Assembly: GCA_039545335.1 (NCBI GenBank)
Contig: BCIN01000002.1
Location: 1,563,118-1,627,117, forward strand
From: Kondoa subrosea
Taxonomy: Eukaryota
Length of the DNA: 64,000 nucleotides
Direction of reading: 5' to 3'
Under the pieces are notes generated by a model, which was not told the origin of the DNA, did no database searches, and saw only the letters and a program-made list of their open reading frames with translations. A program made the position numbers and the translations under genes. Shown one piece after another: positions 12,715 to 26,970 of the stretch (positions are counted from its first letter, which is position 1; each line of letters begins with the position of its first letter).

Positions 12715-15485
12715 TTACGCGCGCCAACATTCAGGTCGTTTCCTCAAACAAGCCTGAGCTTGCTTTCTCGACAGCTCAACCACATCAAAGTCTTTCATCG
12801 TCTGGGAGAAAACCGCATCCGAATCGTTCCAAGCAGCAGCCATAGCTTTGGCGAAATTGATGGTATCTTCACTTCCCGCCGGAAGCGCCAAGAGAGTCGC
12901 GGCATCCCTCAATCTACGCGTTCCTGTTTCCGGTCTACGTGCGTGGGCTTCGCGTGCAGCAGCTTCCCATCCATTCCTGACGTCGAAAAGAAACTGCTGT
13001 CCGCCTTGCTGAGAGAATATACGACTTGTCGCAACCTTGTTGTACAAGTATTCTGAAAGGGTTGTTGCGATCGAGCGGAAGATAGGCTGGAAAAGAGTGG
13101 GAGATAGAGAGCTTGATAAGGCGGTCAACAGAGCTTGATACAGTGTCAATGCGGCCGTGATTTCAGGTGACAGCGAATCAGGCAATCCGCTTTCTGTAGC
13201 AACGTTTTCGTAATCCCATCGTCTAGGACCTGATCAGTCAATTGTTCTGAATATACGGGGTCAGGCTCACTTTGCGACGTAACTTCTGAGCTCGTTCGTA
13301 ACTTCCTTGATGATATGCTTGGTGACCAAATCTTCCGTCCGACTTACCAGCTTCGAGAAAGAGTCTGCAAACCCATCGAAGAGAGTGCTGTCATCATTTC
13401 TCGAGTCCAAGACAAGCTTTTCGGCAGCCGCTCGAGTCTCCGAATCCAGACCATCCAAGCTGAGGTCTTTAATGTCCTGCCACAAATCCAGGAAGAACTG
13501 AAGAGTAGATTACTCACTGTTGTAGGCATCTCGGAATGACATGGACGTACAACATCATCTCCCCACTGCCTGCAAATATTGGCAAACCATCTGGCACTAA
13601 TACCGGCGCGAACAAGTCTTTGCACACCGCTAACACCGGCAGTCAGTTTCCCACTTGCTGCATCACCTGACAAAGCTCCTGGTACAGCTCGAAGAACGCC
13701 AATGCTCAAAGTCTCGAAAGCATCCACAGCGGAAGAGATCCTCAGATGATAAGCTTCGATTAAAGGTATTTGAACTGAGATGAGAAAGGACAAGCGATAG
13801 CTGAAGAGCGGTAGAGGCTTGTATCGATCTGTTACGGATTCGATGAGATCCCGCACGCGTAGAGCAGAATTTGTAGGCTTGGTTCCTGATGGTTCGTTAT
13901 AATCCTCGTTGATCTGCCAAGCGTCTGGAGCTCCAATTATTTCGTAGTATTTGTCTTCAGAGTCTGTAATAAAATATATATGTCAAAGAAACATGACATA
14001 GTTGAAACAGCTTGTGCTTACATTTCCTCTCTGCTTCTTTCCATCCCTCGAACCATTCTTCATTACCAAGAATCACATCTGCCGTACCTTTCCATTCGCC
14101 GGCATCCGCCTTTGATCCGGTATATCCATACTGCTCTACTAAGGCCGCATCAAATTGTAATGCTTGAAAGATTGTATGCGCAAAGATAGGTGGTAACTCC
14201 AGAAGTTGAGGTACAGTAGCTTTCAGCTTCCTCTCGATTAACCCAAGCAAGAGTGAGATGAATTCTTGTTGTGCATCTATTGATCGGAACCCATATTTGT
14301 TCAAGAGTGGTTGGATCACAGAAGATATAAAAGGAGAGTGTGTAGAAATGAGGTTAAGTACATGAGCGAAATACCATTCTGGTTTATCTAGCCGATTTGT
14401 ACTCCGTTTTCCATCGAAATGATATCGGAATCGAAGCGAGAGTGGTGTCAGTAGAGCTTCAAGTGGTAGACAGGATGGTATGGATTGTAGCTGCTCAGAG
14501 GTTTGCTCGCCACTGTGCTTCTATGAGCTTGATTAAGATCTGCGCAACAGCTGACTCACGTCCGTTGCAATCGCAGAAGATCAACGAAGGCTGCTTCAAA
14601 AGCTCGAGAAGTACCAAGTCGACTATCGTACTCTGCTGCCTTGAGATCAGTGGGCCAGCCAATGCCTTCCAAGGCGATAGTGAGTTTGCTATAAATGTGT
14701 TAGGGCTTATCACTCTGTTAGTGATAAACGCACTCTGACAAAGCCTTTTTGAGTTGATTGAAAGTCTCGGCCAACATACTTCGCACGAAAGCAGCAGCAT
14801 GAATTACTTCTTTCGCTGGCGGTTGTGCGCGAACGGATAGTGATTTGGCATAATCTGCCAGTTTGCTATACATCTGTAGAGCAGCATCCAGTTGTCCTGC
14901 TTGTATTGCTTTGCATGCTTCCAAGCTGTGATCTTAACTTCAGTACGAATAGTCGTTCCTCAACAATAAACGGACCTGTAGCTTTCAGCTTTTTCCAGCA
15001 GTGCGAAGTAAGCACTGGCATTTTGCAGCATTTGTACTCTTGTATGTAGGCTTTCCAATGTTTCCAGAACAGTAAGCTTTGAGGTAGAAGCGACCGGTAC
15101 AGCTGAAGCAGCTGATATCAGCTCATTACGATGATCAATGAGTTCATCTTCCAGCTGTAAATGCTTCGCATGCAAGTTCTCTGTTTCTTGCTGGATTTGC
15201 AGGAGAGAACTTCGAGCATGATTCAGTGACGTTTCGAGCGAGGTTTGAGATGCTGCTAGCTGTCATCTCTTGGTCAGCCTGGAGGACTAGCCTAGCAGTA
15301 CAGAGACGAACCTCTGCTTGTAGCTTGTCATGCTCAGCTGAAGCAGAGACGAAATAATCCGCGAGCGCTTCAGGGTTTGCATGATCGTTGATTAATGTCG
15401 CATTGAGCTGCTGTTGAGCTTTCTGCTGTGCTTTGGCGAGATCTACAGGCTGTAGCAAGCGTCCAAGTTCGGCTGTGATGGTCAT
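12715..15485 (-). CDS. TIP20: RINT-1/Tip20 family, Dsl1 tethering complex subunit
   Basis: RLDKPEWYF, EFISLLL...ERKL, AHTIFQALQFD, VILGNEEWFEGW, PTNSALRVRDLIESVTDRYKPLP, FSQQGGQQFLFDV. Confidence 0.88.
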
Positions 15486-15630
15486 CGTGCGAGATCAAGC
15501 GTCGGAGTCACGCTTAGACAAATCTGCCTTGTTACAAAGCTTGGCCAACTTGTAAGTCTTTATTAAACGACGAGTGCAAGACAAACGAGTTAGAGCACTA
15601 CTATACTATACATTTATGCGTAAAGAAGCC

Positions 15631-16383
15631 ATGCCAGAAGCTCATATTACTATTTCGCACATTACACCGGATGAAGATCTTACTCAAGTAGCTGCAGTTC
15701 AATGTGCAGCTTTTGATCCATCCAAGGAGTTTGCGGACATGATAGAGCCTCCTCCCAGAGATCCTGATTCACAAAGACATAAAAGACTCGCTATGAGATT
15801 GAAGAAGAAATTCACCCCAAACGATGATGATTCGCTTTCAGCGCAAGAAGCAACTTATATTGGTTATAAAGCAGTTGCATCAAATGGACAAATAGTCGGG
15901 ATTTCTTATTGGAGGAAGCCAGGTTACAAGACTTCGTTGATTGATGTGAATAATATGAGTGAGGAAGAGAAGGAGTCTTACAAAGGATGGAATCTGGAGA
16001 ATTACAATAGCTTCAAGCAAGCATGTCAAGAAGGACTAGATCAAGTGCTGGTTGAAAAGGGACAATCGGAAGGGTGCTGGTATTTACAAGTCTTGGCCAT
16101 CAAGCCTGAGTATCAAGGACAGCGGGTTGGACCAAGACTACTCGACTATCATCTAGAACAAATTGATTCTGGGAGTTTACAGAAGGGTCCAGCTTGGTTG
16201 GAATCGTCCCCAGCTGGTCTGAAGGTATCTTGCCCGATACATACAAGCAGAAATCTAGCTGATGTGATGATGCAGCTCTATGAAAGCCGAGGCTTCGTCG
16301 TCGAAAAAAGGATGCACGCAAAGGGTTGGAAACATGTTATGCCAAACGGGATAATAGGCATGCTCAGGCCGAAAGCGGGCTAG
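15631..16383 (+). CDS. GNAT-family N-acetyltransferase
   Basis: Motif A WYLQVLAIKPEYQGQRVG and motif B LESSPAGLK-LYESRGF; one in-frame intron ~16225-16275. Confidence 0.88.
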   Translation: MPEAHITISHITPDEDLTQVAAVQCAAFDPSKEFADMIEPPPRDPDSQRHKRLAMRLKKKFTPNDDDSLSAQEATYIGYKAVASNGQIVGISYWRKPGYKTSLIDVNNMSEEEKESYKGWNLENYNSFKQACQEGLDQVLVEKGQSEGCWYLQVLAIKPEYQGQRVGPRLLDYHLEQIDSGSLQKGPAWLESSPAGLKVSCPIHTSRNLADVMMQLYESRGFVVEKRMHAKGWKHVMPNGIIGMLRPKAG

Positions 16384-16650
16384 AGAAGAGGAAGAATTAA
16401 AGTGAAATCAATGCGCACTTCACATTCCCGTCTTGCTGATCACTTGAGACGTCATACCTTGTTGGAAGTAGACACTGGCAAGCTGACACAGAAAACGTCA
16501 AACACAAAGCGTTGCCGCACGCGCCATACAAACAAGCGACACGAGAGTAGAATAGCCACAGATAGAGAAGAGACAGCAATAAGGGACACAGTAGAAGCGA
16601 AGTCGAGAAACCTGAAACTGCAAGTTTGGTACGCATCCACCAAGACAGGG

Positions 16651-19600
16651 ATGGCTGTTGTGCCAGCGAATGTAACAAACAAGCAGCAGGAGCTGTACAC
16701 GCGGCTTGGATCAGCAGCAAGGGTGGTAGATGACCGTCTGGGTAGAGATGCAAAAGCAGGAAATATTGATCTGGATGCAACTCTGTCGTCATGTGAGCAC
16801 ACTGGCAGCTAACTAGCAAGGAGAAGAAGGGCGCTGACGAGAGAAAGGAATCGCCAGCCAATTCGACGGAATACAACATTGCACAAAATGCATACTGGCA
16901 GCCCTTCTTGCTCAAGAGGTCCATACAGCTGCCCGACTTACTATGGGAGCAATTTGATCGTATGTCGCTACTCACTTGTGAAAATTAGCGAGACTCATTG
17001 TGTGTTACAGTCGGTAAAGCGAAATGTTTGATGGGCTTGTTTCCGGAAATTGAACGCGCTTGGTTCACTGTGGATCACAGATTGATTCTCTGGGACTATT
17101 TGGATGGGTATGAGATGATCTTTAACTGTTCTTCCTCCGCTAATAGCGAGACAGAACTGCCTTCATGACCTACGATCAGCTCACAGACATCATCATGTCC
17201 GTCGCTTTAGTGCCACCGAAGCAAGGCTACTTTGTCGACGATATCAAGCACGTTTTGGTACTTGCTACGCCTATGAAAGTCCAATTAGTTGGCATAGCTA
17301 CTCCGCCTCAGCAACAGCAAGTTCACGCTTCTTCTCAAGGTATTGCTTTCTACTTGACAGATCTAGAAGCGCCGACAAATGGTGTTACTATGAGCTGTAT
17401 TACGCCGACGTCGCTAGGCCGGATCTTCATGGCTGGAGCAGATGGTCATCTTTACGAAATTGACTACCATATGTCTTCGTCCTGGCTGGGAGGCTTCTTT
17501 GGTTCAAGTACTTCTTGTTCGGTCAAGAATCATACTGGAGGAGGCTGGTCTTCTTCCGTTGCGCCTTGGCTCAACACTTCTGCATCAGATCCAATTACAT
17601 CAATCAGCATAGACTCTTCAAGGCATTATCTATATACCATCACTGCAAAAGGAGCTCTGGAGCTCTATTCCCTTGGTCCGAATGGTCTCGCACCGCCTGT
17701 CCGTGAAGCTCGGTTAAACGACATTTGTAGTACAGCCATGATGCTTTCACCTTCAAACCCTATGCTTGATCCACGGTCCTTCAATATCGTATCCATACAT
17801 GCGCTCACAAGAGAAGAGGGTGGCCGATTTGGCGTGATGGGCGTTACTTCAAATGGCGTTCGATTATACTTCACCTACAGTGCTCAGCCTCCTAGTGCAT
17901 ACAATCAACATTTCCCTATTCAATTTGCTCTACGTCTCGGTCATGTTCGCTCTCCTCCATCTAACCAAACTCAACCTGTTGCTCGACCGAATACTATTGG
18001 CTATTATAACCAACCTCAAGTCAATGCACCACCTACAGCGAATGGCAACAAAGTGAATATGCCAACAGGACAAATTAATTCTGCTTTCTATGGGACCAAA
18101 GGACTCTTCATCGCAGCGCATACCATCAGCGAAGATGGTGATATCCTAGCTATGTCCGCACCAGATGTTGGACGATTAGCTACAACAGCAATCAGTAACA
18201 ATACAGGTCAACCTATTGTGATACAAGAAATGGCAGGTGCTGTGACTATTGAAGGCAATGCAAGAAGTATGGTCGAAGTTGGTGGATCAAGAGCGGGATC
18301 AAGTGGATTGAACGAATTGGCAACTCAATTCACTGGCGCCAATAGAGCTTTCTTGATTGTCACTACAAGAAGTCTCAACATCTTTGTTCGAAACAGACCA
18401 ATTGATATACTTGCGCTACTGCTCGAAAGAGCTGGAGAGAATGAGAATGATTTGGTTAACTTCTGGTCAAGGTGAGCACTGACAATACCTGTTATATTGA
18501 GCTCATCAAAAACTTCTCAAATCTTGTAGATATGGAAGAGATCAAGCTTGTGCGATGTGTATCGCTATCGCAGCTGGTCAATCAGTCCAAGCTTCTGCAG
18601 CAGCAAGACAAGCAGCTAGATCTTTGCCTTTAGTGACTCAGAAGGAGGTCTCAGCCGAAGTGCAACATTTCGCGAGACGAGTGTACCACGATTGGTCTGG
18701 TAAACCCTTCGCGAGCAATCAAATGGTCAACAATAACTGTAGGTTCATCACTTCCGACAACAATATCCCGTTGCTGAACATCAGGCAGCTGTCACTTCTC
18801 CTGGTCCTGCTCACTGTGTTTCGCTGGATGGCAAGACCGTGCTCAGCGGCAGGCATGAAGCTTTCGCTTTACATCTTTCTCGACTGTTGAGACCGCTCTG
18901 GCCGGCAAAGATCACTCAAGTCAGTCCCGCTCCAAACGCGCCAAATAGACAAGTGCCAGTCTTCTCAGCTGGTGAACTTTCTTCCATGCTCAAGGACTTG
19001 AATGCATTGCAAGCATTAGTCACTAAGTAAATTACATACACATATGCTGCTTTACAGGGCTGATTGTGTGACAGGGAGGGAGAATTATTCATTGCTCAAG
19101 CCGACGAATGGTCTGGACGCCTGGACCTCGACGCGATCCAGAGCGAACGCGTATCCCTTGAGAATCTCAAAACACTACTCACTCAATCTATCGAAGCTAT
19201 CTCTTTCATTATCCTTCTTATCGATCACCAGCTATCTACAGTGCTATCAACGTGAGAACAAGTATTCCGACATTGGAGCTAGGCTGATCATTACTCGTTG
19301 GACAGGTGCGACGAAGAGCTACAGAAAGGTCTCCTCAATCTCACATATAAAGATCTCTTCACATCTGAAAGCGGCCGACAAGTAGCTAGAAAGCTAGTTT
19401 CTGCTATTATTCAACTTCAGATCCAGCGCGGTCAATCTGTGAGTTATCACAATTGCTATTTCGTCGATAGTACAATTCTAAATTGGAAGCTAGGTCGACG
19501 CCGTTAGCGATACTCTACAAAAGCAATGTGGAAGTTTCTGCAGTGCAGATGACGTGTTCCTCCATAAAGCTGCTGACAACATACGAAGAGCAAGGGAAAG

Positions 19601-21562
19601 TCCGAACGAGCGCTCTGAGTGCTTGCGCGAGTCTCTTAGGTATGAGCATGCCTGCCTTCATCTTACCATTTGGCTGATATGCCGACAGACTCCTAACGCA
19701 AGCCGCCGGTCATCTCACACCGGATAGACTGAAGGAAATTACGGGCGAATATCGGAGCCTCCAGTATCCCACAGGTCAGTCGAAGTTTCGTCTTCACCTT
19801 GATAAATTAACAAAGACGCAGGCATTGTCGATCTGTCCCTTGCCTGCGCAAATGCTTGGGACATGGACGGGCAAGGTCTCGCCTGGTGGAACGATAATCA
19901 ACCAGAAAATGATCAGCGCTCGCAAGCCTACGAATCTCGTAAACACTGTTATTTTGCTGTAATCGGTGCCTTGCAAGAGGTAGAAGGTCAATTGAATGAT
20001 GCAGTGAATCAACAAGCTCAAGGCAAGCAATCCGAGATGTCAAGTCAGTACATGTGTAATTTAGCAAAGCTATACTGACGCGGTACTAGTCGATGACCTG
20101 GAATCCTTGCGGAATGCCTTATTGTCGAGAGCGTTGGCGACTCAAGATCAGCCCTTCCACTTTCAATTGTATGACTGGTTGCTATCAGAGAGGAAAATTG
20201 ATCAGCTTCTGGAGGTTGGCCAGTACCGTCAGCGTGATACGATGAATCTGATTTCACTCTGTACAGATCAAGACCAACTTTCTTGAATCATATCTACTTC
20301 GCGAGCCTATGACATTGGAGAGCTATGATCTGTTGTGGCAGTTTTACGTACGCAGTGCGCTGTACGCAAAGGCGGCTCGAGTATTGGCGTTCCTGGCCGA
20401 TAGCGAAGGGTAAGAAAAGCTGAATGAAGTAAAAGTTGGCTGACAGAAAGCGACAGTCTCGACTTGAATCTCCCACGACGACTAGAATACCTGTCTCTTG
20501 CAGCAAGCAACGCTCGATCCCAATCGCCGAATACTGCCAACAGACAAGAGACTATCGCTCTACTGACAGAAGCAGAGGAGAAGCTGGAAGTAGCTCAAGT
20601 ACAGATGGAGACGCAGCGGGCTATCAGCTTGGTGCACAACGTAGAAGACGACAAGCGGGAACATGCTGTGGCGGAACTGGACAGCAAGCTCTACAATATC
20701 ACAGAGGTACGTAACTTGACCTGTCACTAGCCGATGCTCATTTTCTTATGTAAAGCTCTACTCTGATTTCGCCGAACCTTTCGAACTGCTGGAAATCACT
20801 CTTTTGATATTCCATGTGTCTGATCATCGCGACCCAGCGCGCGTGTCCGAGATATGGGATATGCTGATAGCTGAAGGTCAGACTTGATGGAACTATACTT
20901 TCCCTTCGCAAAGCTGATACCGAAGCCTTGTTAGCCGAACAACGACCTGAAGAAACTCGAATTGATTACTTGTCAGGGAGGATAGCAGACCTGGGTCGAC
21001 GCTTCTATCCCTCCGACTCGGTCTTTCCTCTCGGTAGGTAGTCAAATTCTGGCAACGATGTGTTCTGACCTAGTCTGCGAAGCCTTCCTGATCAGCAAGC
21101 TCGAATACTACGCCTTCACTCAAACTCGTACAACACGGCCAGGATGGGTTGCGCAAGCATTGAGAGAAGGTAGCGTGCCGTATGAAGCTTTCTTCGAAGT
21201 GTTTGATGATCTATTTCGAACAAAAGTAAGCACCTCCTTCCAGTCTACTGATGTATCTAAAGTACTCAGCAGGTTCCTCCGTGGCATACAAACAAGGCGG
21301 CAGCATTTTTGGCATCCGAAGGCATCGTCTTGGCAGAGCTGTGGTATGACGACGCGATGTCTCATAGAACCGGCGCTGTCACATCAGAAGTCGCTCTTCC
21401 TGCAAATGAAGTGATGGTGAGTTTTTTCTGCGCCGACGGATCATTGCTGACCTAGCTATCAAGAGTGCGGTTGATCGCTATGTTGCTGGCCTGGATTCGG
21501 CAGCAGGAGATATGAAAACTCGGGCGCAAAAGCTGCAGCAGACGCTGAAACGCATGTTCTAG
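16651..21562 (+). CDS. NUP170: Nucleoporin Nup155/Nup170 (start codon approximate)
   Basis: MGLFPEIERAWFTVDHRLILWDY, GRIFMAGADGHLYEIDY, NELATQF, SGRHEAFALHLSRLLRPLW, DQPFHFQLYDWL, RLEYLSLAASNARS; long multi-exon gene. Confidence 0.93.
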
Positions 21563-21602
21563 ATGAAACAGTATGTATAATATAGGGATTAGACTGTGGT
21601 AA

Positions 21603-23020
21603 ATGACAATTGCAAGGTTGTCAGGCAAGCATGACTTGCTGATAATGTCACAAACTCAGCTTTTGTCTACCTTACTGCCTCAGATAAAGCCTGATCAGGA
21701 TTGGACCGATGCTCTCACTAGGCTCGAAGCTTTAAATATCAGAGATGGTTCGATACCCCTTCAAGTTTGAGATCTCTGCCTGATCCGATTCCCTCGCACT
21801 GCAGACCTTTCTCTGCTATTCTGTCTAGACAATCTGCCGTGGCAATTGCACGAAGCACGGTTGCTTGTCCAAAGTTGGCATGCTGCGAGCGCATCAGTAT
21901 CGAATGCTTCCGCTCTCTATGCTGCGATGCAAGTGAAACGCTCTGAGCGTTGGCCATTGGTCACTGGCACTAGCATTGATCATCTATTGCATGGTGGCTT
22001 CTCTCGAGGTGTTCATGAGATTTCTGGGCCTAAAGGTGTGCTGCGGTTCTATTTCTCTTCTCTCCAAAATCAGTTGATCGCGTCGGACTTCTGGTTTCAG
22101 GATCTTGCAAATCGCTTCTGGCACTACGATGCGTTCTTGGAAAGCTCTACCAGGATTCTACTTCCGCGGCAGTCTATATGTAAGCAGAGACATGCCGTCG
22201 CATACGTCTGACTGACAGCTCATCGACAGCGACACTGAAGGCGACTTCAACGTCGAAAAGGCCTTCGCTATGCTGAAGCTTATTGCTGAAGGGCAAGACG
22301 TACCGCGAGACTCGCAGCTAGAAGGGACTTTGGACCGATTGACTTTGGCTAAGTCGGACTCACTACAAGGCATTCTTGAAGCTATCGATAAGGCTAAGGT
22401 GATTTGCATTGTACCTTAGGTTGATCTATGGAAGGCTCAAAGTGTAAATACAGGCAGCGGCTGATTCTTATGGCGGCCATTTGCAGATCATTGTGCTGGA
22501 TTCCATTTCTATCTTATTCAAGGATCGGCTGAGCAATGCATCTTCTCAAGGTGTACGGCGATCTATTGCTTGTATTGTCTCATGCTGAGCCGTTAATGAG
22601 TAGTACGCTTCACTTGTTGCGCTCATTAGGCATCTGCGAGAACAAGCGCAAACAGAGGACAGAGCTGTTCTTGTGGGTGCTCACTCTGTATTCACCATAC
22701 GTAGTGTCTTACTTGAGCGAAAAGATCCTCAACTCTGCTGTTCCATCGCAAAGCAACCTACCTGTTTCCGCATTCTCTGCTACCAATCAAAGACCATCTC
22801 TAGGCAACACTTTCACACATCAATGCGATACCACGCTGTGGCTAAACAAAGCAAAAGATGTAATTCAAGGTGCAAGCTCGGAGGTGTTTGTAGCTGAGCT
22901 GTTGAGATCTCGACATTCGGTATGTCCTTTTTCCTGGCAGCATCACCCATATTACTAATATCTACGTAGCTCGATAGACGGTTTGTTACTTTTACAAGGA
23001 ATGGATTAGCTTTACAATGA
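21603..23020 (+). CDS. RecA/Rad51 paralog, RAD51D-like (5' exons uncertain)
   Basis: IDHLLHGGF, EISGPKG|SCKS (variant Walker A), YIDSDTEGDF, IIVLDSI (Walker B), RPSLGNTFTHQCDTTLWL, VAELLRSR. Confidence 0.75.
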
Positions 23021-23030
23021 ATACCTACAT

Positions 23031-24694
23031 TTATGCTACATTTATATCGATATCCACAATCTCCTTTGCTGTTCGTGCCGTTTGTATAGGTACCGTTCTA
23101 TAACTGCTTTGACAAGCTTGTCCTGTGTCATTGCCTGCGAAGTAGAAGATCCGAAGAAAGGGAAAGAAGACCGGATTGAAGGATAGTCTTGCGCACAGGT
23201 CAGGAAAGAGGATCTTTGTACCTTGCAGTGCTAAATACTTGAGTGCAGAGGTGCGGAGAACGTATAAGATATTCAATGAAAAAGCTGGCGCATTGATGAC
23301 TACCAACCGCTTGAGTTGAGGGAAAGGGTGTTCTTCTTCAGCGTCACGAAAGCTCGGAAAGGCGTCGTCTAAGCGACAATTCTGTATTTGTATGTCTTGC
23401 AAAGTACTTGCGAGTTCAATCAAGAGGTAAATCAGATGATCTGGTTGTATAGAGCTTGAGCCTAAGAAGCGCAAGGTTGTAATCGGAGCCAGTGGTCCTC
23501 TCTGGTTCCATATATCAGTAAAGAAGAGAGTTCTTGAAAATGCCAGGTGGGATATTTTGCTGCCTTGAATCATCGGTAGGAGTTTTATCGCGTCCACATC
23601 AAGAGTGAAACCATCGAGATGAAGAGATCGTAGATGAGTAAGCGTCAGAACGAGAGTTCGGCTCGACGCCATCAGCTGCAAAAGGTGGAGAGGTCAAAGA
23701 AGCCAGAAGATTGCATTCGAGACCTACATCAACCTCTGATTGCTTATGACCACTACATAGATCTGTCTCAGGGATCAGGCGACATATGTTGCAATTTGCT
23801 TTACAGCTCACCTAGATGTGTCAGGTTCTGCATTGCACCCAAGCTGACCAAAATCCGGTTCGACGAAGGAAAAGATCTTGACAGATAGAGTTTGACGGCT
23901 CTTATACGAGATGAATCCAACAGTCGCAGCGCTTGCAGTATGTACTCGATGTCGCATTCTTCTATGTTGAGGGAAACGTGCTGGACATACGCACTGTACA
24001 TCGGTAGAATGTGTTGTAGCAGGTAATACCAATCGGAATCCTGTTCTCTTGCTACTTCAGTAGAGCTTAGCGTCGAATCTTCATCTGCATCGAGCAGTGC
24101 TGGTTTGCTAGCATTACTGTCATTGACTATATCTTACGTAAGCAAACTTGAGAGGGTACTGGCAAGGGAGGCTTACTTTTTATCGAGCGAAAGATAAGAG
24201 GACCCGCAAAGGCAGATCGGAAGTCTATTACCATGAAAGCATGAGCAAATATCGATTCACGCTCTGGCGCCGATGAACATACCTTTGCTCAAACTGCCAT
24301 AGATTGAGATGAATGCTTCCAGGCCTCCTTCCGCTAGCGCTCCTGCATTGAAAGATTGATCAATCTTCCTACACTGCCGCATGCAGGCATTCCTACCTTG
24401 CTTTTGACGCTTCCTCTTTGAATTTCGCTCAAGGTGAAGGTTGTAGATCGCTTCGACTACTTCTGCTATCAACTCAGGAGGTAGCAGCGAGAGTCCTTTC
24501 TGTAGTCCTAGGGCTGACATTGCTTCGTTCGGAAAGAAAGAGACTGGATCTCTGTCAAAACTCTCGTCTCTTTGATGCTTGGACCTTTTTGCGTTGGGTC
24601 CGCTGCTGTTCACCTGAATGAGCAGCGGACTGAGTCGATGAAGGCAGGACACGGACAACTCTGCTCGATATGTACATGCATAACCAGATGCCAT
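23031..24694 (-). CDS. F-box / leucine-rich-repeat (RNI-like) protein
   Basis: LSLLPPELIAEVV F-box-like start, followed by LxxLxL repeats (LTHLRSLHLDG, LKRLVV, LKYLALQG) spread over several exons. Confidence 0.6.
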
Positions 24695-25301
24695 TCGATA
24701 TCTTTGATTGCGTCCGTTCTTTTACCAACGATCTCTCGATAGTCTATCTGGCCATTTTGTGCACCTCTTGATTGACAAGGCTTGCAAACAATATGAAAAG
24801 GAACTTCGCGACATCGCTAGAAAGTCATCGAAGCACTGCTGTCCCTGCTGTGTGCTCGTCTTTGCAAGGCCTTTGCGTTCCATGAAAGTATTGCAAGCAA
24901 ATGGATTTTGGCTTGCAAGATCAAGTCCCCGGTGACCAGATTGACGGTAGTCGCTCAGAGATCAATTGCGCAACTCATCAACCTTCAACAAAACAACGCT
25001 GCAGATGAACGACATTCGCGTTCATTTCCTTCTCTGATGCTTTGTAAATAGATTTCACATTGCGGAGTAGCATAACCACGAATAGAGGAGAGAATTAGCA
25101 GTCTAATAGAGCAATACAGAGACAACGTGGTCTGTACTCTTGAAAGTCGTGACAACGCGATTGGCCGCATGCAGACTGGTAGCTTCGTGAGATAGGAAAG
25201 GCGCAGGCTGTCTATCTTTATCAGGAGTGTCAACCGCAACGCCGAGTACAGCCTATTCGAGTTTTTGGATTTGACAAAATCGTCGTTCTATGTCAAGAGC
25301 C

Positions 25302-26849
25302 ATGCAACATTTCTGTCTGCCTGCGAAGACGTGGCGCGGCGTATACAGAGCAGCACGACAGCTCAAGACATGTCAGACCTACGCAACGAGTGGTACGTCG
25401 CGGCCAAACACGAGGAGAACCAAAATCTCACGACTATGATCTAGCGACAGTGGTAGATGGACACAGCTACCCAGTGGATGAGACGACCAATGTTCCTTCT
25501 TCTATTCTCTCTCGTATTCCTTTGAAATTGCACGAAAGACCTTCTCATCCTCTGCATATTCTGCGATCTCTGATTCACGCTGCTTTCCCTTCTGATTTTC
25601 AAGTCATCTCCCCTGATTCAGCTGTAGTCTCAATTTACAAGAACTTTGACGAATTAGGTTTCCCTGCTGATCATCCTGGAAGAGCAGCAACGGATTCTTA
25701 TTACCTCAACAAGAAACACATGCTCCGGACCCATACTTCAGCTCATGAAGTAGAAGTCTTCAAACAAGGCAAAGAGAAATGGTTGCTTTCAGCAGATGTG
25801 TACAGAAGGGATGAAATTGATCGATCGCATTACCCTGTTTTTCATCAAATGGAAGCTGCTTTTGTTTTACCAAGGGATCAGATAGCTACCGTCATGCAAA
25901 AGGAGAATGAAAGGATGGAAAAGATCTTAGCAACAGCTTTGCAGAATAAGAAAATAGCAATAGAAGACGAAACTCAAGCTGGAACTGAATCAAATCCATG
26001 GCAAGCTTCCCATGATCAAGACTTGGCAAAGATAGTTGACCGATCACTTAAGCTTCATCTCAATCATCTTGTACTCTCGCTTTTTGGGAAAGCACAAAGA
26101 GATCCATCGGAAACGCTTCAAATCAGGTGGTTGGAGGATGCTTTCCCCTTCACGTCGCCCTCTTATCAAATGGAAGTCTTCTTCGATGGTCGATGGCTAG
26201 AGATCTTTGGTTGTGGTGTTGTCAAGCAGTACACGTTAGATCAAGCCGGTCTGTCATCTGTATCAGTCTCGTCATCATCCTCTTATATTTTGTTCAGACG
26301 TACCACATAAAATGGGCTGGGCATTCGGTCTAGGTTTGGAAAGAATAGCCATGATTCTCTTCTCGATACCAGATATCCGACTCTTCTGGTCCCAAGACGA
26401 ACGTTTCCTTAATCAATTCTCTTCGGGGTCAATAACGACTTTCAAACCTTACTCCAAATATCCACCTTGCTATAAAGATGTTTCGTTTTGGGTGAATGAT
26501 GATCAGAAGAAATGGCACGAGAACGATTTTTGCGATGTTGTGAGAGATGTTGCGGGTGATTTGGTAGCTGATGTCAAACTAGTCAGTCATCATTGAAAGT
26601 AAAGCATTGTTGCATGCTCACTGCCGATGATTATCTGACAGATTGATGATTTCTCACATCCCAAAACGAAAAGACGCAGTTTATGCTACAGAATCAATTA
26701 CCAATCGATGGATAGGTCAGTTCGTATCTCAATGGATATTGCAGAAAATTCATGTGGCCTGCAGAAATCTGGAGAACGAAGAAGTCAACCAATTGCAAGA
26801 TAAAGTTATTGCAGCTATAGTGGATCAGATCAAAGTGTCAATTAGATAG
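25302..26849 (+). CDS. MSF1: Mitochondrial phenylalanyl-tRNA synthetase
   Basis: [69 protein letters not shown] domain [11 protein letters not shown]; basic presequence. Confidence 0.96.
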
Positions 26850-26970
26850 AGAAGGGGAAAACGACAACAAGGAAGATCATGTATTATTGTGTGCAGGTTT
26901 CGCATTTACATCGGAATTCTAGTATGACTACCACTTCGACTTTCAGAAAATTTGACCTCTTCCAGCCGTT

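Noticed and set aside
16397..16975. 192-aa hydrophobic minus-strand ORF
   Set aside because: Antisense to the Nup170 5' region and explained by the purine-rich plus strand.
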